The notes under the pieces were generated by a model, which was given only the letters and a program-made list of their open reading frames with translations, was not told the origin of the DNA and made no database searches. From Amoeboradix gromovi X-113 (lineage: Eukaryota > Fungi > Sanchytriomycota): DNA of 32,000 nucleotides. The translations under genes were made by a program, and so were the position numbers. The stretch lies in the NCBI GenBank assembly GCA_018985225.1, contig JADGIF010000020.1:1-32000 (forward strand). The letters run 5' to 3'. Shown here one piece after another: positions 20,364-31,498 of this stretch (the stretch's first letter is position 1; each line of letters starts with the position of its first letter).

Positions 20364-20489
20364 AAAGAGAATTTGAATCTGTTTCCTAAAACATCAGTTG
20401 CTTCACCTTCAAATAGTAATTGCCTGAATAGATTCATTAAGACCTTGCGTTTTGGACCATTTTCATCATAAGGGATTGAAACATAAAAA

Positions 20490-22608
20490 ATGATGTTAGA
20501 CTACGACATAATTGAATGCTCCTCGTATTCCAGTAGCTATCTCCCCATTAATATTAAGACATGCCATAGCAATGGCGTGGTTATTGACCAAGGCAGTAGG
20601 TGGAGTAGCAATTCCAACAATCAGCAACAATTCTTAACCCTGAAATTAAAACAACATTCAATAATTAATTCTGTTCTCTTTGGCAAGTTCCATAAAGTAC
20701 ACGTTTGCAATTTAAAGGAATTTAAAATATTTATTAGCTTTAACAACAAGCAATATATACAAGTACTTCACGATGGTTTAAAAAACGATACGGATCCTGA
20801 GTCGTTTAACATCACTTCAAATATTAAGAACTCTGATAATATATGCTATCCTGTACAGTATATCAAGATATGCCCACTGTTAGCACACGGTAGTAACTTC
20901 AATTTCTCTATTTGGTATTTGCAGTTAAAAGGCGAACTCATATCTCCTGATGTTGTTCAAAAGTATATCGACTATCATACAGAGCTTTCCCTTAAAGTGG
21001 TTCTCAAGTACTTGAGACAAAAGAATGAGTTTTTGCCCATTTATAATCAGTTACAGCAATTAACAAATATTTCACTGGAACACACTTACTTACAAAAGTT
21101 GTATTCTCACATAACCAACGGCCAATTCGATGAGTGTTATTCTCATCTTTTACAAGCGGATATCAAGTGGTTCGATTCTTATCTCTCAAATACCAGATAT
21201 CTACCAAAGTGGTCCACTTTACCGAACATTGATTCAAATAATAATGAGATACCGTCTAGAGGTGGTCATCAAATGGTTTTTGGTAACAATGGGATCTATC
21301 TTTATGGCGGATGGAGTGGAACTACGGAATTAAATGACCTATGGTTTTATGATACATTTTGGCATAAGATTGAATTTGCTAGTGGCCCTTCTCCTCGTAG
21401 TTGTCATAAAATGATATACAATCCTAACGACAATTCCTTATATACAATTGGTAAGTATATCGATCAAGACAGCAGGTCAACTTCTAATTTAAATGCAGAC
21501 TTTTACAAGTTCGACTGTTCTTCTAATGAATGGACTTGTCTTAGTAACAACACAGCCAGTGAAGGCGGTCCTGGTTTATTATTTGACCATCAAATGGTTC
21601 TGGATGTAAAAAGAAACCAGTTATACGTATTTGGTGGTAAGGTGGTTGTCCTTACTAGTGAGACCCAATATAGTGGATTATACAAGTATGACATATCTAC
21701 TAATTTTTGGGAATCTATCCCTACGACGATATCTAGTAGAATAAGTCATTCAATGCTTATCCACCAGTCCAAGGATCTTCTGTACATATTTAGTGGGCAG
21801 AGATTTAAAGATTATTTAAGCGACATGTATGAATACAATCTATCCACTGGAGAGACAAGGGAAGTTACAAAGGACTACTCCAAACTGGGTGGGCCGGTTT
21901 GTGGTTATACCCAGCGTGCTACTATTGATGAGTCAAGAAATGAGATTTATGTTTTTAGCGGACTAGTAAGGGACAAATTTGCAACGCAGGATACTGTGCG
22001 CAACACGTTTTGGGTATATCATATAAACGAGAATAAATGGAGAATGGTTTTCCAAAATAACATTGAAGCAGATGCAGCAAGTAGCACCTCACCAATTACT
22101 CCACCTACAACACCTACAAGCCCCATGCTTATAGAGAGCACTGAACCGATACCTAGGTATGCACACCAGTTGGCATATAATAGAAATACCAGAATGCATT
22201 ATTTATTCGGAGGTAATCCAGGTAAATCAGGAAATGATCAAGAAAGACTAAATGATTTTTGGAGCCTAACCCTAAATAGACCCACAGCTGACGAGCTAAT
22301 TAAAAAGATACAGACAGCTATGAAGATACAGCAGTAATAATATTTAACTTAGATTTAAAGAGATTTGTGCTTCAGATCCAATAAGCGCATTAAAATTCCT
22401 ACATAACAATGTTGGTCCATTAATAAACCATGAAGATGATCAGCAAAGACGTCAGTTTCAGTCTTTAACTAGGAATCTTTTTGTGGACCACAGCAGTAAC
22501 TTGTTTGAGGATAGAATAAATGTATATGATGTGATTGTTAGTTATTTCCCAAAAGAGATGAAGCAACCAGAAGCGGATTTGATGGATTTGGTTCCGATTG
22601 ATTTCTAA
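20490..22608 (+). CDS. MKLN1: Muskelin (discoidin-LisH-CTLH-kelch-CRA); exons 20490-22333 and 22353-22608; 699 aa
   Basis: SRWSS...FGKFHKVHVCNLKEFK discoidin domain; kelch repeats RGGHQM, PRSCHKM, PRYAHQL. The spliced tail ALKFL...FPKEMKQPEADLMDLV matches the muskelin C-terminus. Confidence 0.95.
22334..22352 (+). other. 19-nt spliceosomal intron GTAATAATATTTAACTTAG
   Basis: GT..AG ends; excision adds the 84-residue muskelin C-terminus missing from the ORF track. Confidence 0.93.
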
Positions 22609-22923
22609 ATAAATGAAGTAAATAAGACATACAAGGCATATCTTCATTTAAGCACAATGTCACCTTCAGCATTGTGCTTACATCAGTTAACCGATCTCCT
22701 GCTTGTTTGCTTATGTTAGTTTCAATAACACGTATTTACAAATAGAATAGTGTTTAGAGCTATTCTAGCACTTGCGAAAAGCATAATAGGCAAGAAATAA
22801 AACCAGATTGACGGCTATTTCTAGTCACTCGTCAAGCGCCCGATAAACCACCGAGAGCAATGGTCGTAGTATCCAATAGTGCTGAGGGCTTCTAATAATT
22901 GAATTGCATATATTTACTTGACT

Positions 22924-25900
22924 TCAATACTTTATCAGCTTGTCTTTAGTAATCACCATCATTTCCCCGTTTATAAAGCTATAGTCCAATAGATTTTCAA
23001 CATATATTTTCCTAGTTATTTGCATATTATTCACATCAAACACTATCAAAGAATCCTCTTCTAGTCCTAAGAAGTGCCCCATGTCACCACTTTTTATTTT
23101 TTCTACAGTTGTTTGTGAAGTACTCTTCAACTCTCCGTTTACATCGTAATGCTGTATATACTTCAATTTGTTTGTGGTGTTTAGTAATATCAGGTCTCCT
23201 TTGATCGGAGTAATAATTATGCTGTTTATTGTCCCACTTATTTTTAATCTTTTTATCAGTGTTCCGCTATTCAGTCCATGAATCAGGACCATGTCTTTAC
23301 TGCAGCTGCAGAGTATATCGTTATCACTCTGAGTCTGCATTACGTCAATACAGAACACATGTCCCATTATTCTGCTGTTACTCCGAATCATTCCTGTGAG
23401 CTTATTTATTCTATGTTTTATTATTTGTCCATCCTTATAACCGACCACTATCCATCTATCATCTTCTGACTTGCAAACCACACTTGGCTCGTGCAACCCT
23501 TTGTGCATGTTACTATATCCCTCTGTTATTATTGGACTAACTAACATGCCATCTTGCTGATATATCATTATACCCAATATGTTTATGCTGTAGTAATATC
23601 CTCTTTTTGAGTGCACTATCATGTCTACTATCCCTGTTATATTAACTTTACTTATTTTATTTTGCGCAACACTGTACACACCACAGTTTGTGTTAAGAAT
23701 CCATTCCTTTCCATGCTGTATATCACAGCTTGTAACTTCTAACAAATGCGCGATATCCACTTTGGGTTCCATCTCAATCCAATGTCTATGCATCTTGCTA
23801 CTATAAATATCGTTTGTGAATGAGTTGGCTTCACTCTTCTTGTGAATGAATTTTAGTCTATTTGTGTACATTGTTCCTGTTATGCCGCCATGCTTGTACT
23901 CAGTTGTAATGTGTGAGTAGTAATCATCCCTCTTCATTGTCAGAAGTTCTATGTCCAGTACGTCTATCCCATATTGTATTACATGCTTATTGAATATCAT
24001 CTTGTCGTCCTTGTTGTTGAATACTATCATCATGTATGTTCCACCATCAAACAGCACTAGGTTGTTAAATATATTACTTATCTCACTTACAAAGTATACA
24101 GCAGTTGCTGAACTAGAGGAAGTTGTGATCATGTCCTGATTCAACACCATGGTACATTTTACATCATTAACTAGCACTTGCAACGAATACACCTTGTCGA
24201 TCTGATTAATACTCCACTCGTTCAGCACATTCAACTCCTCAGTATACACATTGTGCTTCAACAAATCATTCAACACACAGTTAGTAGAACTTTTAGAGGT
24301 ACAAGGTACCAGTTTACGCTGAATTCCCTCAAGATTGACATGGTTATCAATAGTATACTGTACCTTGTCAGTGTTCATATTCATAATACTGTTGAATGTG
24401 TTAATATTAGAAATAATAGATGAAATTGGAGTGCTAAGTGGCGCTGGCGGTACCGCTGCGGGTGTTGTCTCTGCTAGCACAGGTACACTTGCATTCGTAC
24501 TCGTGTATGAAGTTGCGTCGTCTTCTTCTGTAGCCTTTTCGCCAACTTGCAGGTACTCTTGGATCCCCTTTACAGATTGAAGTCTGTTATATTTATCATG
24601 TTCATCCATCTCTTTTAATATTTCATTAATCTCATCAGTTTCAATCAGTTTACTAGCAACTACATCAAGCTCCACATCTCCGACATCGAAAAGCGGATTA
24701 TTAGGATATTTTCTAGTTACGTATTTGATGATTTCACCCAAGGATCTCGTATATTCATTATACTTGTAATAGGGATATAGCACAATACATATCACTATCA
24801 GAGATTCCTCTGTAACTATGCCTATATAGTATTTGTTGATTACCTTGTTCAATAGCACCTTGTCACTCCATATCCTGTTGAATAAACTCATAAAAGATCC
24901 TCTGCAACTGCTGTTGTTCATGTAAATTCCCATGATTATTAGATTGAAATAGTAAAATATTATTGACTCATTTACTTGCAGATCCAAAACAAGATGACAC
25001 TTGCTGATCACTTTTTCTAATATATCGATGTTGTACTTCCATGGGTTAGTTATTACATCTGTATTGTTAGTATAGAGTGATATTGATGAAGTGCTTCCAA
25101 ACCTGGTATTATATACAACTCTTGCTTCGTTGCCAGTGATACCATTGCTGGAATTGTAGTTTAGCGTCCACAATCCCCAGATCATTTTGTAATGATCGTG
25201 CAATTGATTTACATTGATTTCTTTGTTCAAATACATTTCACTAACCGTGTTCATTATGTATGCATTGTTAACATAAAGCAGTGTGTTGTTGCCATTATAC
25301 ACAAATCCTGACATGTATTTGTACACCATCTGCATATTGCCCACGTTCAAGATATGATTGATCCACTTGACATGCAGTTCCTGAATTTCCTTGTACTTTG
25401 AATGCAGAATAACAAAAGGCATTCCCCAGGACTCCAATCCCATGTATTCTACAATAAAGGAGTAATGAGTAGGCATTTTACTGATTATTGTGTTTATGTT
25501 TTGAATTTCCATAGTACTATTCATGCATGCATGTAGTAGCAAATAATAATCATGGACATTATAGTACTCTTTTAAATCGCTAATGTTTAGTATCAACTCT
25601 GGTTTCTTAATGCAAATGGTGTTCTTCACAGCAGCCACTGTTTTAGCATCAAATACTAGCAATGGACTACTCCACTTGTAGTATTTAACTATAAAACTAC
25701 AAATGCTCTGTACAACAGTGTAATCGGACATTAAAGACTTTAACAGTATTATAATTGAACCATGATTAAGTATGTCTAGTAGCATATTACTAGGTATTAG
25801 AGCATCTATTATCTTAGATATAATACTAGATGGCAACTGCTTTATATATACACAGGCCATGGGTAGAAGATCATTAATGTTAGTATAAATAATGCTTATA

Positions 25901-28900
25901 CAGATAGTGAGGTAGAGGGTATTCATTTTTAACCCATTTAAACAATCCATCAAGAGATTGCTAGTATTTAAATGAATCACATGATCCTGGTAACTCGCAA
26001 ATGTAGGAGCATCCACTAACTGCCACAAATCAACATTGAATATTAGTTTATTTAGTCCGTTTATGCTAAATTGGAATAAAACGTCAACAGTACTAGGGGC
26101 CATTGTCTTGTAGTTCAACATTAACAGATTATTGAGCATACTAATTGCTGATGACAATAAGCCATTAGAGAGAGATACTGATGACCCGCTATTTGTTGCA
26201 GTATTTGCTATTGCATTGTTTTCGTTCAGTATACTCAACACATATGTAACATACTGATTGAGCACTCCTAAATCCATTATATTCAATGCTAATGGCTGCG
26301 CTATCAGATCAAATGTCAAGTTACTACTATAGCTGCTACTGTGAACAATGGCGTTGTTAGGTACCCTTATAACATTCACGTTGCTAGAATAATAAGAATT
26401 AAAGTCAATTAATAGCGGATCGGTGTTAATTATGGGGTTGAATATGAATCCGATTGATATTAAGCTGTTGGTATTATATTCTTTTAATACCAAAGGCATG
26501 TTAAATTGGTTAATTAGTGATATGGGTAGATTGTAAAATGTACTTAATTCAAATAAATGCAGTTTGTTCACAGATATAACTATGAATGGTATGACGATAA
26601 CACCTAGTCCTATTTCCTCGTCATGGGGTATACCATTTATAATAAAGTAGATTCTCAATGAATTCTTGTGTCTAGTTAGGGTTATAAGTATCTTGTTGTT
26701 GGTTAATGGTTGTGCATCGGTGTGAATACATTTATTAAATATCTTGTTATTTTTGAAACTAATAATCATATTTACTTTACCACCAACCGAATGAATCATA
26801 GAAATATTAAAGTCCAAATGAGTGATATTTAATGTAGCATCATTCTTTACTATTTTGTAATTCATGTAAATCGTCAATCCAACTGCATCCATGAATGGTA
26901 CACTAGGGAATTTAATTGGTTCAAAACAAATCAGTTCAGTTTTGTTGTGAATAGATACCAAGTTAGTATGGAACAAGAGCCAGGTACTTAGCTTATCCGA
27001 TGTGTTACAATTTTTGAGTAGCAAATGTGATTTGTTGAATAGTAATGAATTAAAAGTGTGCGATGCCAATGATTCATGTAGCAATCTCCAAATGGTCAGC
27101 TCTGATTTAGAATGAATATGTTCAAATAAATCATAAAAGTTAACATGGTTAATAGCCAGTAATGGTAAATGCAAATTTACAAACTGGTTTAGCTTGCCCA
27201 ACAATGTTTCAATAACCTGATGAGATGTACATCTGCTGATTAGATCTGTCAGTAATGGGACAGAAACATAGGTAATAGCAGGCATAGTTAACTCACAAAG
27301 CAACAAATCACATATGTCATTCAAATCCTCAGGGCCCAGCTTTATCGATTTAAAATAATTAAATATATCATTGTAATTGATACTATCAGTTATGTATAGT
27401 GTAGATTTGTGGATTAGTTGCTTATAAAAAGTAAGAAATTTGATACCATGATGGCTATTTAAATTGGAGTAAAATATGTTCAGTAAGTTATAATGAATAA
27501 TCATAGATTGGATAGATTGCTTGTTGCTTAAATCATCACAAACACTGAGTATATCTGTAAATACGTCCATTAATAGTACAAGGGTATTTGAGTTGGTAGA
27601 TTTGATCAGGACAGAAATAAAATAATCCACATCAGAGATATTAAAGTATTGAAGTACCTTGGTTGAATCTTTGCTGTAAACAGTGGATTTTGTAACATTA
27701 GAGATGTACAATGTAATTAAGGGCTGAAATTCCTTGTCTTTGATATTGTTAAATAATATATCAATCAACGAATGGTCCTTAAGTATTTCACTTATAATCA
27801 TTACATTATCAATGCAAAACCAATAAAGCGCATCAAAACAATCAGAATATAAATGGCAGTTTTTAAATATGAATTTGTCCCACTCTTGCGCAATCAAGCA
27901 GTCCTGGAACTGGTTCCTCAACTTTTCGTGATTTCGTAGTAATAGCGTAGAATAGTTAATAGACAACTGAGGATATTTGACAGAATAAGATCTCATGAAC
28001 TTGGATATAAATAGCAGATAAAACGCTCGAATGTCTTCACTCGAAGCGCTTGAAGGGGAATTACTTCCTTCAATAGACAAATCACCATCCAGTAATAGGT
28101 CAATACATTTATCGCGAATGCTAACATCGGAACTAAGGTTAACAAGCATTAAATCAGCATTAGATTGAAGGAAACTAGTAGGCGGTAACGCCCTAAAAGT
28201 AGATAATTCATGCATGCACATAAACGTGAATTTCATAGCATCACTAGAAGCATCGACGAATTGATCAACTAACTGAGTTATTACATTGTGGCAGTACTCT
28301 AGCTTGGATATACAATGGGATAAAATAGTGATAGACTTACTAGTCCATTCATTGAAGAAATAGATTCTAGGGTAGACTGCGCAGTTTTTGATTATAATAA
28401 AAGATTCCTGATTAGAATTTAAAGATTTGGACACCAAATTAAAAAAATTTTTAAACATAGTTAAAGACTCATGTTTAGATATCAGATGGCGCAAAGACAG
28501 CAAAACCCAACAATATAAAAATAAACATAACTCTTCTAAATCATACTTTGAGATTTCAAGCTGTTTAAAAGACAGCACATCTTCAGCACTAATATCAGAG
28601 CTAAAACTGAAAGATGCTATTATAGCTAACAGGGTGTACTTTTTAGGAAAATCAGAGCCTAAATGCTTCATAAGAAACGGAACAGAAATGTTGCTGGACT
28701 TTTTGACTGGAACTATGATATTAGGAATGCAGCCCTGCTGGATAATCTTGGCAATAACCAAATTAGTATCAATTGAGAAATAGATAGCTTTTGTTAATGG
28801 TTCACTTAATCGTTCTTCTTTGCATAGCTTATCTAGTGTTACCTTGCCATATCTGGATAGTAATTCAAGATCCTTAACACCCTCCAGTAACTTGTCTGGA

Positions 28901-29067
28901 ATATATTCATATTTTAACTGCTTTAAAGACCTAACATGAATTCTTTGAAAATAATCACTTGCTTTCTTAAGGCTATCTTCGGTTTTAAGTTTTTCATACT
29001 CTTTCCACAGCCTGGTCATTTCTTCGTGATTATTCATGTCATTAAAAGATATTTTCTTGGAGAACAT
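22924..29067 (-). CDS. Large BEACH-family-like protein (helical region, PH-like, vestigial BEACH, WD40); 2047 aa
   Basis: C-terminal WD40 (SEDDRWIVVGYKDG, GH...DILCSCSKDMVLIHGLNSG) typical of BEACH proteins. Preceded by IDNHVNLEGIQRKLVP, a PH-like stretch and ITTEYKHGGITGTMY. Confidence 0.6.
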   Translation of the reverse strand: MFSKKISFNDMNNHEEMTRLWKEYEKLKTEDSLKKASDYFQRIHVRSLKQLKYEYIPDKLLEGVKDLELLSRYGKVTLDKLCKEERLSEPLTKAIYFSIDTNLVIAKIIQQGCIPNIIVPVKKSSNISVPFLMKHLGSDFPKKYTLLAIIASFSFSSDISAEDVLSFKQLEISKYDLEELCLFLYCWVLLSLRHLISKHESLTMFKNFFNLVSKSLNSNQESFIIIKNCAVYPRIYFFNEWTSKSITILSHCISKLEYCHNVITQLVDQFVDASSDAMKFTFMCMHELSTFRALPPTSFLQSNADLMLVNLSSDVSIRDKCIDLLLDGDLSIEGSNSPSSASSEDIRAFYLLFISKFMRSYSVKYPQLSINYSTLLLRNHEKLRNQFQDCLIAQEWDKFIFKNCHLYSDCFDALYWFCIDNVMIISEILKDHSLIDILFNNIKDKEFQPLITLYISNVTKSTVYSKDSTKVLQYFNISDVDYFISVLIKSTNSNTLVLLMDVFTDILSVCDDLSNKQSIQSMIIHYNLLNIFYSNLNSHHGIKFLTFYKQLIHKSTLYITDSINYNDIFNYFKSIKLGPEDLNDICDLLLCELTMPAITYVSVPLLTDLISRCTSHQVIETLLGKLNQFVNLHLPLLAINHVNFYDLFEHIHSKSELTIWRLLHESLASHTFNSLLFNKSHLLLKNCNTSDKLSTWLLFHTNLVSIHNKTELICFEPIKFPSVPFMDAVGLTIYMNYKIVKNDATLNITHLDFNISMIHSVGGKVNMIISFKNNKIFNKCIHTDAQPLTNNKILITLTRHKNSLRIYFIINGIPHDEEIGLGVIVIPFIVISVNKLHLFELSTFYNLPISLINQFNMPLVLKEYNTNSLISIGFIFNPIINTDPLLIDFNSYYSSNVNVIRVPNNAIVHSSSYSSNLTFDLIAQPLALNIMDLGVLNQYVTYVLSILNENNAIANTATNSGSSVSLSNGLLSSAISMLNNLLMLNYKTMAPSTVDVLFQFSINGLNKLIFNVDLWQLVDAPTFASYQDHVIHLNTSNLLMDCLNGLKMNTLYLTICISIIYTNINDLLPMACVYIKQLPSSIISKIIDALIPSNMLLDILNHGSIIILLKSLMSDYTVVQSICSFIVKYYKWSSPLLVFDAKTVAAVKNTICIKKPELILNISDLKEYYNVHDYYLLLHACMNSTMEIQNINTIISKMPTHYSFIVEYMGLESWGMPFVILHSKYKEIQELHVKWINHILNVGNMQMVYKYMSGFVYNGNNTLLYVNNAYIMNTVSEMYLNKEINVNQLHDHYKMIWGLWTLNYNSSNGITGNEARVVYNTRFGSTSSISLYTNNTDVITNPWKYNIDILEKVISKCHLVLDLQVNESIIFYYFNLIIMGIYMNNSSCRGSFMSLFNRIWSDKVLLNKVINKYYIGIVTEESLIVICIVLYPYYKYNEYTRSLGEIIKYVTRKYPNNPLFDVGDVELDVVASKLIETDEINEILKEMDEHDKYNRLQSVKGIQEYLQVGEKATEEDDATSYTSTNASVPVLAETTPAAVPPAPLSTPISSIISNINTFNSIMNMNTDKVQYTIDNHVNLEGIQRKLVPCTSKSSTNCVLNDLLKHNVYTEELNVLNEWSINQIDKVYSLQVLVNDVKCTMVLNQDMITTSSSSATAVYFVSEISNIFNNLVLFDGGTYMMIVFNNKDDKMIFNKHVIQYGIDVLDIELLTMKRDDYYSHITTEYKHGGITGTMYTNRLKFIHKKSEANSFTNDIYSSKMHRHWIEMEPKVDIAHLLEVTSCDIQHGKEWILNTNCGVYSVAQNKISKVNITGIVDMIVHSKRGYYYSINILGIMIYQQDGMLVSPIITEGYSNMHKGLHEPSVVCKSEDDRWIVVGYKDGQIIKHRINKLTGMIRSNSRIMGHVFCIDVMQTQSDNDILCSCSKDMVLIHGLNSGTLIKRLKISGTINSIIITPIKGDLILLNTTNKLKYIQHYDVNGELKSTSQTTVEKIKSGDMGHFLGLEEDSLIVFDVNNMQITRKIYVENLLDYSFINGEMMVITKDKLIKY

Positions 29068-29721
29068 AATTTGTATCAGATTTCCGCTTTATGTCCCACG
29101 AGCCCCAAAACTAGGACCGACTTTCTGCTGGATAAGAATTTTATGGTGACTCAGCCAATTTCTTCTTCAATTATAAGCTTCTAATTTTGCTTGTCTTTTA
29201 ATCTTAAAAGCTAATGATACACATCAACAGAAACACTACAAAAAGAAACGGCTAATCAATTGTCCACTTAAACCGAGCGTTTTATTCGGGTTCCTTTGGG
29301 TGTGCTTGAACATTAAATTTTTCCTTCCGAATCAGTTAACAGATATGAGACTTTATTTGATATAAGTCTTTAAAAATGCATGATTAAACTTGTGATGAAT
29401 TTTGTGACAAGTTTTGCGGTTGTTTATAATTTTCAATGTAATTCTCAAATGAAGTAAAAGTAAACTTATGAAATCCAATTACTAGCAGTCAACAATACTG
29501 TCGGATACTAAGATCTTTGTTACGGGTAGCTGATCAGACCGACGTGCTTGACAAGTGGCCAGAAAAAGCCTTAGGTCTGGTTTTTATTTCTTGTCTTTAT
29601 GCTTTTCAAATTTGCTAGAGTAGATCTAAATACAGTTCTACTCATATTTTCGTTTTATTGCCACAGTCAGTGTTCATCAAATGATGTCCAGGATGCATGT
29701 AGCCCTCATTACCAAATATAT

Positions 29722-30126
29722 GGGACACCAAATATAAAAACTGGACTAACTTTCTGTAACAGCTTGGAACATTATTTCAAGTATTTATTAACCGATAGTG
29801 AGTTAAATTAATCTGACTGGTCCAAGTAAATTATTTTAGTATAAAAGCTTTTAATCCATCATAATCTTAGAAACAATGACTAAGAAGAAGAAGAAAAAGA
29901 AACAGATAAAGAGTATCGTCTAAGATAATGCACCTTTTGCTTAGACACTCAAATACCTCGTATATTTGAAAGAGACAGCGGGTCATCTTGTTATATTTTA
30001 AAGAGGGAAATGTCATTAATGAAAAAGAATTGGTTTCAAAGAAGGAATTTATTAATAATAGTATCTCCTCCTTATGGAGCACCTACTTTAAAGACGACTT
30101 GGTCTAGTTTTTATATTTGGTGCCCC
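29722..30126 (+). mobile_element. MITE copy 2 (405 bp, ~30-bp TIRs, flanked by AT on both sides)
   Basis: AT|GGGACACCAAATATAAAAACTGGACTAA ... TTGGTCTAGTTTTTATATTTGGTGCCCC|AT. Internal block CGTCTAAGA.AATGCACCTTTTGCTTAGA is shared with copy 1. Confidence 0.92.
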
Positions 30127-30182
30127 ATTAGTCATTGTATATCCGATTTATTTTTCCTAAAATACCCCTTTGTTTAACTCTA

Positions 30183-31212
30183 ATGACTATATCTTCAGAT
30201 CCATCGCCATTTTTATTCACCAAACTACCAGCTAAGAGATATAGTATTAAGACAACAATACAACATTGGCAACTCAGAGATTTGATAGCATGCCCAAACG
30301 ATCCTCATGAAATTTTTCATGTAAACCAAAACAATGTTAGTATATTTAACACCAAATCAAACACAGTTAATCCTATAATGAGAGAGTTAACTTTTTCACC
30401 AACCTCAATGTATGTAGGACACGGGTATGTAGCAGCTGGAGGACAAAGAAGCCAGCTAATGGTAAGACAACTGAGTACTAATTGGTATGCTCATACAAGT
30501 GTGGGAGGATCTATAAATAATAGTATAGCCATAACATACCACCCAATACATGGCCATAGACTACTTATCTGTAACAACGATGAAAGTATAAAAGTTTATA
30601 CATTACCTGGATTGCAACGGGTATTGTCTATTCCTTTACCTACTGCTGTTAACTACGTTTCCGTAAGCCCGGATGGTACTATGATGATTGTTACCGGCGA
30701 TGTGAATTCTGTCTTTCTGTTTCAAATTACAAATAGTGGAGAATATGTCCTTCAAAATACCCTGACTACGTCATCAGATGCCGGTTTCTCTGCTTCATGG
30801 AACCAATCATCGGAAAGATTTGCAGTAGCCAGCCAAGACGGTTGTGTAAGTGTATTTGACATCAAGAACATGAATGACAAAATAGCTAAACTGCAAACTC
30901 AGCAGTGGCCAAGAGCTAAAGGAGCAGCAAGAAATGTTAAATTCAGCCCTAGCGGATCTATAGACTTACTAATGTTTAGCGAGCATGTGAGTTATGTACA
31001 TTTAGTAGATGCTCGTACATTTAATGATAGACAACTAATTAGAGTGGCACCTGATGATCACGATTTGCATATAAGTGGTATATCTTTCTCCTCAGATAGC
31101 AAAAGATGCTACGTTGGTAATTATGGTTAACCTAGGTTTAGAAAATTCAATATTGGACTATAGCATAGATACCATAAGCAGGAGGAGTTTCCCGCAAGGA
31201 TCAGTGAACTAA
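30183..31212 (+). CDS. WD40 protein of the DUF2415 / S. pombe C2A9.03-like family; exons 30183-31116 and 31136-31212; 336 aa
   Basis: HWQLRDLI, GGSINN, CNND, AVASQDG, DLLMFSEH..YVHLVDARTF. Spliced end YV|GLENSILDYSIDTISRRSFP fits the family C-terminus. Confidence 0.9.
31117..31135 (+). other. 19-nt spliceosomal intron GTAATTATGGTTAACCTAG
   Basis: GT..AG ends; excision restores the family C-terminus. Confidence 0.92.
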
Positions 31213-31498
31213 AAGTGACTGTTAATAAATGTATGTAACTTAAGTTAACTCGATTTCGCGGTTGCTGTTAGAAAGCAGTACATGTGTAATAGACAACTCT
31301 ATGTGCGCGGCGATAGAACTGGTATTAGATCCAGTGTTACTTTTTAAGCTGTAAAATGGCTCAGAGTCCTGCTGTATAAACAGCTTCAATTTGAAGTGTA
31401 GTTGATATTATATAAATTGCAGAAAAACAAATTTATTAGCCAATAGTAGTGCAGAGCATTATGTGCACGATTTACATTTTCATCAATAAACTTTAGGT

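Noticed and set aside
22828-22890. Minus-strand CCTCAG...CTTGACGAG resembling the module ends
   Set aside because: Interior is much shorter and unalignable; may be chance.
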